Assembly: GCA_031385045.1 (NCBI GenBank)
Contig: JANNBC010000060.1
Location: 28,502-92,501, forward strand
Origin: a bacterium
GTDB taxonomy: Bacteria > Bdellovibrionota_C > UBA2361 > CALJRW01
Direction of reading: 5' to 3'
DNA: 64,000 nt
A model generated the notes under the pieces. It was not told the DNA's origin, searched no databases, and worked only from the letters and a program-made list of their open reading frames with translations. A program made the position numbers and the translations under genes. This document shows positions 30,465 through 38,647 of this stretch, piece by piece (position 1 is the stretch's first letter; each line of letters begins with the position of its first letter).

Positions 30465-30989
30465 ATGATTAAGCCTGACCATTGGATTAGAAAATTTGGG
30501 GAGAGTGGTGGAATTATTCCCTTTGTGTCTGAGCAAGTTAATCCAGCTTCTTATGATGTGACCATTGGCAATGATTGGATTTGTCCAACTAGAGAACCAG
30601 AAGCCTTTACTGCAGATCAGATCACTTTATTTCCAGGCGAGGTCGTTTTAGCTACCACTCAAGAGATAGTAAAATTACCAAGAGATGTTGTGGCTGATTT
30701 AAAGCTTAAAAGTACCTTAGGTCGACTTTGGTTAAATCATAGTTTGAGTGGTTGGATTGATTGTAATTTTCAGGGGCAAATTACCCTGGAGTTGCAGAAT
30801 TTAGGCCCTCATCCAAGGTTACTTAGGGCTGGAATGAGAGTCGCACAGCTTGTATTTTTACAGATGGAATCTGCGCCGGATGTTGCCTATGGAGAGGGTG
30901 GAAAGGGGCATTATCAGGGGCAGACGGGGACTACGGTGGCTTGGAAAGAGGATTTTTTCCCAGTTAATTCTGACAATAAAAAGCTATAG
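30465..30989 (+). CDS. dcd: dCTP deaminase
   Basis: VNPASYDV, KSTLGR, GWIDCNFQGQITLEL, AQLVF and YQGQ. Confidence 0.9.
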   Translation: MIKPDHWIRKFGESGGIIPFVSEQVNPASYDVTIGNDWICPTREPEAFTADQITLFPGEVVLATTQEIVKLPRDVVADLKLKSTLGRLWLNHSLSGWIDCNFQGQITLELQNLGPHPRLLRAGMRVAQLVFLQMESAPDVAYGEGGKGHYQGQTGTTVAWKEDFFPVNSDNKKL

Positions 30990-31006
30990 GTTTGGATGTG
31001 AAAACA

Positions 31007-31210
31007 GTCCGCCTATGCTAAAGCTATGGCGGATGACTTCATATGAGGTCAAAAGAGGACTTTTTTTCTGGTTAATTCGGATAATAAGTAACCATAGAGT
31101 TTGGGAGTCCAGTCAGTCCGCCTTCGCTTCCTCTTGCGATAAAGCTATGGCGCGATGCCTTGGCAGGGGCCAAGGCACTTCGGCGACCCCATCGCGTAGA
31201 GCGAGGGGGT
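31007..31210. repeat. Two GC-rich REP-like palindromic units
   Basis: GTCCGCCTATGCTAAAGCTATGGCGGAT (31007-31034), and GTCCGCCTTCGCT..AAAGCTATGGCG (from 31116) followed by TGCCTTGGC-aggg-GCCAAGGCA and a further hairpin. Confidence 0.75.
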
Positions 31211-31268
31211 TGAGTCTATCTTAAAAATTTGCTATAAGAAGGCTCTAAATTTCTATATATTTATTAAA

Positions 31269-31532
31269 ATGGCCAATAAAAAATCTTCTAAAAAACGTAT
31301 TGTACAGACTGCTGTGAAAAATACTCGTAATTCTATGGTTCGTTCTGCTTGCCGTACTGCTGAAAAAAGCCTTAGAACACTAGTACTTGCAAATAATAAA
31401 GAAGAAGCTAGCAAAGCTTTTGCTACAGCTGAGAAGAAATTTACTTCTGCTGCTAGTAAAGGGATTTATCATAAAAATACAGTAGCTAGAAAAATTAGCC
31501 GACTTTCTAAGTTGCTTACTAAAGTAGCTTAA
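31269..31532 (+). CDS. rpsT: 30S ribosomal protein S20
   Basis: MANKKSSKKR and KGIYHKNTVARKISRL. Confidence 0.97.
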   Translation: MANKKSSKKRIVQTAVKNTRNSMVRSACRTAEKSLRTLVLANNKEEASKAFATAEKKFTSAASKGIYHKNTVARKISRLSKLLTKVA

Positions 31533-31586
31533 TATCCCTTCTGTCTGATGGTATCTAGTGTTTAGGTATCATCATGTTACTCCGTT

Positions 31587-32363
31587 CTATTTCCGTGACA
31601 TCCATAGTAACTGAAACATTTGTCTCTGGTTTGACGCAAAGACAGTGTCCTTCAAGACAAAAGCATAATGAGGTTTTTGTCGACTCATAATAGTTATCAC
31701 ATACTCCCCAAGAATCCAGATTGTGCTGGAAAACTGTGATTTATCTGGAACGATTTTAATCGTACGATTCCGGATTTGACCTTTAAGCTTGCTTTCGATT
31801 TCTGATTTATTGGAGAATAGTTTTATTTGCTCATCTTTAGTTCTTAACTCCCAGTAATAATTTAGCCAGTCAAAGTATTGTTCCACAAATCCATGATCCT
31901 GATATCCCCACCAAGTATTATCATAGTGTGCGATGCTTTTTTGCCAATTAAAGCAGTCCTCGTAGAGCATCTTATTAACTTCACTAGTACCTTCGTAAAA
32001 TTTTAATTTGGGAATGCTATAGTTAGTACTTTTAAAAAATGGTTCGACTTCTTTGATTAGTTCACTCGCCAACGCCTTCTTAATTTGCATTTTTTCTTGA
32101 AAAGCTTTTTCTTCCGATTCTAACATTTTAAGAATGGCTGAAGCCTCTGTTGCTTGATAGTATGTTTGATCGGCCTCTTTAAGCTGACTTACTAAATTTT
32201 TTTGTTCTAAGGTTTCTAGGATAGAGTAGGTGGTTGGTCTTTTTAGATTGCAAAGTTTAGCAATATTACTAGCTGAGCTTTTGCCACTTTCTGCTAGTTG
32301 TAAATAAACTCGTGCTTCCTTGAGGCTCAGGCCAATTTTACTAAAGTAGTCTTCTAATAGCAT
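31587..32363 (-). CDS. TrmB-like winged-helix transcriptional regulator
   Basis: IGLSLKEARVYLQL..IAKLCNLKRPTTYSILETLEQKNLV and PKLKFYEG; ATG 32363 preferred. Confidence 0.8.
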   Translation of the reverse strand: MLLEDYFSKIGLSLKEARVYLQLAESGKSSASNIAKLCNLKRPTTYSILETLEQKNLVSQLKEADQTYYQATEASAILKMLESEEKAFQEKMQIKKALASELIKEVEPFFKSTNYSIPKLKFYEGTSEVNKMLYEDCFNWQKSIAHYDNTWWGYQDHGFVEQYFDWLNYYWELRTKDEQIKLFSNKSEIESKLKGQIRNRTIKIVPDKSQFSSTIWILGEYVITIMSRQKPHYAFVLKDTVFASNQRQMFQLLWMSRK

Positions 32364-32519
32364 ATTGTTGAAATGTTTTTGACAAAGTAACATATTAAAA
32401 ATACTCTTTTTTATTGAGTTTTTCAATTTGTTTTCTAATTATTTTTGACTAACAAACAAATTACCTTAGATTATGATTAAAAATTTTCTTATATTTGGAA
32501 TATAAATAATATAAATAAT

Positions 32520-33608
32520 ATGAATGTTATTAAGTTGCTACTTATCGCTATTTTTATCTTAATAACTCAAAGCGCTGAAGCCTTAGAAAAAGAATTTAAA
32601 ATTGGCGTGATGCTTTGCTTGACTGGTGATTGCGCTGAGTGGGGGAATAATTCACTAAAGGGTATTCAGCTTGCAGTAAAAGAATTAAATGCTAACTCAG
32701 GTATTCTCGGTCGTCAGGTCTCCATTATTGTTGAAGATACACGAGAAGGCGCAGGAGGAGCTAATGCGATCGCAGCTTATCAGAATTTAATTTTAAATTC
32801 AGAAATTCAATATTTAATTGGACCAACTTGGTCAATTGGTGGAGCTCCATTAGCACCAATAATTGCTAAGAATAAGAATTTAATTGCTACTTCTCCCTCC
32901 CTCGGGATTGCTGATTTTAACGAAGCTGGAAATCATATTTTTAATGTTTGGCCACATGATTCTGTTTCTTCCGAGAAACTAGCTGAATATGCCATTGCCC
33001 AAGGTTGGAAGCGGGGAGTCATTTTTGATGCTAACGATCCTTGGGGTGTTGTACAGGCTGATACCTTTGCTCTGAAGTTTCAAGAACTTGGAGGTGAAGT
33101 GATTAAGAGAGTTAGTAATACTCCTGATGCCAGTAGCTTTCGAGCAGAAGCCTTAACGGTAAAACAATTAAATCCAGACTTTGTTTTTCAAGCAAATATG
33201 TACAAGATGGCGCAGTTTGCCAAAGATTTAAAACGAATATCCTTTGGTGGAAAACAAATTACAATTTTAATGGATGAGACCAGGCTGCATGAGTCTCAAG
33301 GGGCACTAGAAGGTGCAATTTTTGCTAAGTATCCAGAGCCAACAGGGGAGTTCATCCGAAAATATAATCAAGAGTACAATACAAATCCTGGGGTGACTGC
33401 TGATACTGCTTATGATGTCATCAAGCTATATGCTTTAGCAATTAGTCGAGTAGGTACTTTTGATTTGAATCAAGTTCAGAAAGAAATGTTAAAAATAAAA
33501 ATGGATGGAGCATCAGGAGGATTATCTTTTGATGCCAAAGGTGGTGTCGTGAAGGAGCCGGCTATTTATCAAGTCGTTAATGAGCAAGAATTGCCTATTA
33601 CTAAATAG
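32520..33608 (+). CDS. ABC-type substrate-binding protein, LivJ/LivK-like
   Basis: Signal peptide, KIGVMLCLTG, GIQLAVKELN..GILGRQV, TAYD and GASGGLSFDAKG. Confidence 0.85.
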   Translation: MNVIKLLLIAIFILITQSAEALEKEFKIGVMLCLTGDCAEWGNNSLKGIQLAVKELNANSGILGRQVSIIVEDTREGAGGANAIAAYQNLILNSEIQYLIGPTWSIGGAPLAPIIAKNKNLIATSPSLGIADFNEAGNHIFNVWPHDSVSSEKLAEYAIAQGWKRGVIFDANDPWGVVQADTFALKFQELGGEVIKRVSNTPDASSFRAEALTVKQLNPDFVFQANMYKMAQFAKDLKRISFGGKQITILMDETRLHESQGALEGAIFAKYPEPTGEFIRKYNQEYNTNPGVTADTAYDVIKLYALAISRVGTFDLNQVQKEMLKIKMDGASGGLSFDAKGGVVKEPAIYQVVNEQELPITK

Positions 33609-33689
33609 TTCGGTTAATCTGATGGGTGAATTTCATATCAGAAGAATAGTAGTTGATCAAAGCTAAAGTAATTACTAATCATATCTGAT

Positions 33690-34220
33690 ATGAGTAATGT
33701 GAGTGGTTTTACGCTTATCGAGTTGTATCCTTGGGATTGTATCAGGCATGGCCGTTTCAAATTACCGAAAGTATCGAGAGAGCGCTTATGATATTCAAGT
33801 TGTTGCCCTAAGTCGTAATCTAGCAACGGCAGGTCAGGTTATATGTTCTGAGTTAGAAGAGAAATCCTCAGAGATTGAGGCCTATGGAAATCCTGGTAGC
33901 GATTATCATGGCGGTAATAATGACGTAGGTGGGAATTGTGGGAATATAACCCCTATGGAGTAACCTCAATTTGGACTCTTTTTGGCGGAGACTTCGCCCA
34001 ATCAGGAAGTATGTATCAAGTAGAAATTCAGAGAGCTTACGGAATGTCAGGTGCGGCTGGATTTACAGAAACATTTCACAGCGTAGCCTTGCATTGTTTA
34101 GGACGGAATTTTTATGAGGCCTTTGATGATGGTCAGGCAGTGGCAACTGGTGGAAATACTTTTTTGATGTTCGCCAATGATTGGTGTCCACGATTCGGTT
34201 TTGCAGTAAGAACAAACTAA
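33690..34220 (+). pseudogene. Type IV pilin-like gene, frameshifted
   Basis: ATG 33690 gives MSNVSG/FTLIEL (prepilin cleavage motif). The +1 frame continues ILGIVSGMAVSNYRKYRESAYD, and a second frame change probably leads into ORF 33936-34220. Confidence 0.75.
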
Positions 34221-34663
34221 CAGCCTTTAGTTAGTACTGGTTAGGGGTCTGTTCTTATTCTTGCAGGCTTATTGAGCCAAAAATAATATTAGCTAACTTG
34301 TAACAATCATCTCTAGCAGTTGTTCAAGGGACAGCTTTCTATGAAGTTTAAAAGCTTCAATCTGGATACTAAGTTGTGAGCAATTCGGGTGATTCGTAAT
34401 CCTTCTGCCGTTACAAAAACTTTAGTCAGCGAGCTTTTCACAATTTACTTCGTAAATTTAGGCCTTTAGGTAGATTTTGTCTTTCCGAGTTTTTACCTTA
34501 CCGCTAAATGATTATTTATCTGTTCAGCTCATAATTTTAGCTTGAAAAAAAGGATAGTCACGTCTATTGTTTTGTTATATAAATTCGATGTTGCTGAATT
34601 TAGGTGATTGCATTAAAAGTACCTACAACATCTTAATCTTTCAATTATTATTAAAATACAAAT

Positions 34664-35422
34664 ATGTTAAAAAAACTTTTTTCAATTTTATTAGTTTCTT
34701 TGTTATCACTTAATTTAGTTAGTGCAGAAGAGTATCTGCCAGTTGATAACGGGTTAGTTAGCTATCATGTTCAACCAAGATATCGCCCAAGTGAGGAGCA
34801 CCCACTACGTTTTGTTGCTTATGCGCTTCATCCAATTGGTTGGTTGCTTCGTGAAGGATTTACTCGTCCAATTAGTTATTTGATGGGTTCTACTGAAGAG
34901 ACAAAGAGTATCTTTGGTTTTAGAGAAGCTGCTGATTATCGTACTCCTTCTTGTTTCTCTGCTAGCAATGCAATTCCAGATTGTCGCTCTATCCCACCTT
35001 ATAACTATGAGTTAGCTCCAGGAGAGATTGGTGGTTTTGTAAAAGATGACCAAGCAAAAACAGCTAGGATTGTAGCTGCTAACAGCAAGCATTTATTTCC
35101 AAATGTTAACTTTGAATTTAATAGTTCAAAACTAAATACTTTGGGTAAAGCTAAAGTATTGGAGATTTCTGATATCATCACTAAAGGTGGTGCCGTGGAA
35201 GTTGTACTTGAAGGTCACACTGATTCTGTTGGTACTGATGAGTATAACAACAAGCTGGGTATGGATCGCGCTGAGTCAGTAAGAGCTGAATTAGTTAAGT
35301 TAGGTTTAAGTGCTGATTCACTTTCAACTGTAACTTTTGGTAAAACACGTCCTTTAGTTGATAAAGACACAGTTGAAGCAAGAGCGTTAAATCGCCGTGT
35401 TGAAGTTCATCCAGGACAATAG
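34664..35422 (+). CDS. OmpA-family peptidoglycan-binding protein
   Basis: Signal peptide; VNFEFNSSKL, EGHTDSVGTDEYN, RAESV and NRRVE. Confidence 0.9.
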   Translation: MLKKLFSILLVSLLSLNLVSAEEYLPVDNGLVSYHVQPRYRPSEEHPLRFVAYALHPIGWLLREGFTRPISYLMGSTEETKSIFGFREAADYRTPSCFSASNAIPDCRSIPPYNYELAPGEIGGFVKDDQAKTARIVAANSKHLFPNVNFEFNSSKLNTLGKAKVLEISDIITKGGAVEVVLEGHTDSVGTDEYNNKLGMDRAESVRAELVKLGLSADSLSTVTFGKTRPLVDKDTVEARALNRRVEVHPGQ

Positions 35423-35449
35423 TTCTCTAGCTAGCTAGAAAACATTCGG

Positions 35450-35487
35450 AGGCTGTTGGTCATAATTTGATCAACAGCCTTTTTTTT
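35450..35487 (+). terminator. Rho-independent terminator
   Basis: AGGCTGTTGGTCA-taatt-TGATCAACAGCCT followed by a T-tract. Confidence 0.85.
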
Positions 35488-35797
35488 ATCTAAAAGTTTG
35501 ATTATTACTCTTTAGTAAAAGTAGTATGTCCATGTAATAATATTTTTCATTTGAGATATAATGAGGGGAGTGATTGTTTTTATTGCTTGATTTTAAGCTA
35601 AAAGTAGGGGGAGTAGTAGCACAGCTGAAAGTCACTGGGGTTAAAACTAAATATTTTGCGCATGCAGGCTTGAATGAAGAATGCAAACTGAGTTGCATTT
35701 TATTTCTATTTTAGTCTTAACATTTTATTATCTAATTCTTGAAGTTCAAGTCGGTAATTCTTTGTTTGAACACCGTTCTGCAGTTAATATTCTTAGC

Positions 35798-36367
35798 CTA
35801 GGAGTCTTTATTTCCTAACCATGTTAAGGTTCGACCGAACCAGCCTTGCTTTTGTCCACTTAATTCAATTAGTCGATTAATTGTTTGATTTCCAGATAGT
35901 AAGAGGATTTTATCTTTTTCGGATTGGTCTTCTAATTTTTCAATCCTGGTTCGAAGCCATTTGATTTCTCTTTGTTGCTCATTAAGCTGTGCTTCCTTGT
36001 CTTCGATTAAACGATCTTGTAAAGCAATCACTTTTTCTAAGATTGAATCATCTAATTTCTGTCGTTCTATGTTTGGAGCTATTTCTACATAAGCAGATTT
36101 TGGTTCTGCTTTTGGAGCTTCGATAGCCTCCTCTTGTTCTTCTGACTCTGATAAATTGGTTATTTCTATCTTTAGTTCTGAGTTGGGAGCTATTTCCGGC
36201 TCAGCCACAGTCAAGCCAAATGTCTTATTAAGATCCGAAATTTTTAGTAGTGTTAATTCGTTATCCTCTCTAGTTTGAATGTAGCCAGCATTAATGAACC
36301 TTTGCAGGGTCTTCTCATTAAGGCCGGTTATTTCAATTGCTTCTGCCAGATTCAAATAACTATTCAT
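35798..36367 (-). CDS. MerR/excisionase-like HTH and coiled-coil protein
   Basis: YLNLAEAIEITGLNEKTLQRFINAGYI, acidic linker, coiled coil (LQDRLIEDKEAQLNEQQREIKWLR) and C-terminal GWFGRTLTWLG; ATG 36367 sits directly after pyk. Confidence 0.75.
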   Translation of the reverse strand: MNSYLNLAEAIEITGLNEKTLQRFINAGYIQTREDNELTLLKISDLNKTFGLTVAEPEIAPNSELKIEITNLSESEEQEEAIEAPKAEPKSAYVEIAPNIERQKLDDSILEKVIALQDRLIEDKEAQLNEQQREIKWLRTRIEKLEDQSEKDKILLLSGNQTINRLIELSGQKQGWFGRTLTWLGNKDS

Positions 36368-36368
36368 A

Positions 36369-37814
36369 TTATTCAATACTTCCAAAATTTCTAATTTCTA
36401 AAACTGAAGTTGCTCCTGGAACGCGAACCATCAGCCCACCAGTGATGATGGCAATATCCGTAGAATTTAGTGATTCTCTTCTTTTAATTGTAAGAAGTGC
36501 GGCATTGATTTCATCTCCATGTGATTCTGTTGCTTCCATTCTAATAGGAGTTACTCCCCAGTATAGACACATTCTGCGCAGTGATGACTCGCGATAGGAA
36601 ACACCATAAAGTGGTTGTTGTGGACGGTATTTAGCAATTAACTTAGAGCTATAGCCAGTTTCTGTACAAGCAATAATTGCCGAAGCATTTAAGCTATAGG
36701 CTGCCGCGCAAGAAGCATAACCAATTGCATCAGGGATTGATTGATTTAGGCTCTTTTTATCAAAGCGTAATTTATAGATATCAAAGTTAAATTCATTTTC
36801 TGCTTCACGAGCTATCTTGTCTAAGTATTCAACTGATTCAACTGGGTAGGTTCCAATTGCAGTTTCTTCAGAAAGCATCACAGCATCTGCTCCAGTATTT
36901 ACAGCAGTAGCTACATCTGTAACTTCAGCTCTAGTTGGTCGATTAGAGTTGACCATGGAGTGTAACATTTGAGTAGCAACAATTACTGGTTTTCCAAGCG
37001 CATTGCTTTTGGCAATTAACATCTTTTGAATCGACGGCAATTTCTCTACGGGTAATTCTACCCCTAAGTCACCACGGGCAACCATCACGGCATCAGTTGC
37101 TTCTAAGATCTCATCAATATTTGATAGTGCTTTTTTCATTTCAATTTTGGCAACAATCAAGGGACGTTCGACATTGTTCAGATGTTCTAGTTTGCTAGTT
37201 AAGCGACGAATGTCATCAGCATTCTGTACGAAAGATATGGCAATAAAATCAACTTTATTTTCTAAGCCCCATTCAAAATCAATTAAATCTTTTTCTGTCG
37301 TAGCAGGAAGGTTAATCTCGGCATCAGGGAAGGCTAGACCGACGCGAGAACGCAAATTTCCACCTTTAGTAATTAGGCAACGAACTTCATTATTAGAAAC
37401 TTCGCTAACCTGCAGAACAAGTGCACCATCAGCAATTAAGACAGTGTGTCCAGCTTCTAAGATCTCTGCTGGATTTACTAAAGCAGAGTAAATAACATTG
37501 TGATCGGAAAGTTCTGTTTTTGATTGACGAAGAATAACATCCGCTCCGCGTACTAATGGCTCAGTTTGATCTTTGATTGGTGTAATTCTGATTTTAGGCC
37601 CAGAAAGATCCTGTAGGACTCCAACTGGAAAGTTCACTTCCTCGGCTGCCTGTCTAACCAGCGTAATGTTGTTTAAATGCTCCTCATGGCTACCATGAGA
37701 AAAGTTTAATCTAAAAACATTAACACCTGCGATGATTAATTTTTTTAGTGATTCGAGGTTATTGATCGCAGGTCCAATCGTTGCGATAATTTTTGTTTTT
37801 CTATTTTTTTGCAT
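36369..37814 (-). CDS. pyk: Pyruvate kinase
   Basis: RKTKIIATIGP, RLNFSHG, DLSGPKIR, MVARGDLGVE, ATQML and PTRAEVTDV. Confidence 0.98.
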   Translation of the reverse strand: MQKNRKTKIIATIGPAINNLESLKKLIIAGVNVFRLNFSHGSHEEHLNNITLVRQAAEEVNFPVGVLQDLSGPKIRITPIKDQTEPLVRGADVILRQSKTELSDHNVIYSALVNPAEILEAGHTVLIADGALVLQVSEVSNNEVRCLITKGGNLRSRVGLAFPDAEINLPATTEKDLIDFEWGLENKVDFIAISFVQNADDIRRLTSKLEHLNNVERPLIVAKIEMKKALSNIDEILEATDAVMVARGDLGVELPVEKLPSIQKMLIAKSNALGKPVIVATQMLHSMVNSNRPTRAEVTDVATAVNTGADAVMLSEETAIGTYPVESVEYLDKIAREAENEFNFDIYKLRFDKKSLNQSIPDAIGYASCAAAYSLNASAIIACTETGYSSKLIAKYRPQQPLYGVSYRESSLRRMCLYWGVTPIRMEATESHGDEINAALLTIKRRESLNSTDIAIITGGLMVRVPGATSVLEIRNFGSIE

Positions 37815-37971
37815 TTTATCAATCTGATTCAAAATAATTTATTTGTTTATGGTCAAATTATCGCCTTAGGACATTTTCTTATCTTTTAAATTTAAGTAAT
37901 TTTAAGTACTTAGAAAATATCTTATTTTGCGAGCTATTTAACTTGTTTCCTGACTATGTCTTATGGATTTA

Positions 37972-38169
37972 AACCCTCCGCAGATGAAATTTGTGGAGGG
38001 CGAGCGTAACTTGGCTTAAGCCAAGTTACGCCGTAGAAGACAAAACCAATACTCACCGCTGATTTGCGTAGGGTTTAGTATTGTTCTCTACGGCAAAACC
38101 TGTCAGCGACAGGATTTTGCTCGCTCACCTTTCATTTCATTTTTTATCAAAAATGAAAAGCGGTGAGTA
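37972..38169. mobile_element. MITE-like, highly structured 198-bp element flanked by TA
   Basis: Imperfect terminal inverted repeats AACCCTCCGC / GCGGTGAGTA, TA at 37970-71 and 38170-71, multiple internal hairpins, and GC-rich relative to the flanks. Confidence 0.6.
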
Positions 38170-38415
38170 TAATAATCCTAATTTCTGCCAAGCCCACGAT
38201 AAATGGGTAGTTTGGCTAAATCAAAGGCCTTTAAAACGAAGCTAACCGTTGAGAACAGAATCTCTAGATTGGAATCTAGCAGAAATCCTAATTTAGTGAA
38301 ACTTCTTAAGTGATTTATTCATCATAATATCGATTATCTGAAATAGCTAATTTACCTGGGCTGTTAACTGCTAAGTTAGTGTAATGAGGGAATCATTTCA
38401 TACCAAGGAGGGGAG

Positions 38416-38589
38416 ATGAAAAAGATTAAAGGCTATTATCAAAAAATTATTAAATTTTCTGGTCAAGATTTAAAACTATACAGTCTTGATGGAGTTACCT
38501 GGTCAAGTAAGCAAGGAGAGCTACAAGTGATTGAGGAGCGACAGAATCAGCAACAACAAAGCGTGATCAATTATTTTGGACCTAAGTAA
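38416..38589 (+). CDS. Small hypothetical protein, 57 aa (not in the ORF track)
   Basis: Strong SD AAGGAGGGGAG directly before ATG; MKKIKGYYQKIIKFSGQDLKLYSLDGVTWSSKQGELQVIEERQNQQQQSVINYFGPK; hairpin at 38616-38639 downstream. Confidence 0.6.
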   Translation: MKKIKGYYQKIIKFSGQDLKLYSLDGVTWSSKQGELQVIEERQNQQQQSVINYFGPK

Positions 38590-38647
38590 CTGGTTATTTA
38601 TTAGCTGGGTTTTTTGAACCTTTGGTTATTCAAAGGTTCTTTGTCTT

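Noticed and set aside
30850..31224. 124-aa ORF overlapping dcd
   Set aside because: It runs through dcd in another frame and through the palindromic repeats, with no protein features.
35486..35797. Small ORF or sRNA between convergent genes
   Set aside because: Only short hairpins and weak ORFs on both strands; not enough support.
37965..38178. tRNA, tmRNA, SRP, RNase P or IscB omega-RNA
   Set aside because: No T-loop/CCA, SRP GGAA domain, RNase P P4 motif or adjacent IscB/TnpB gene.
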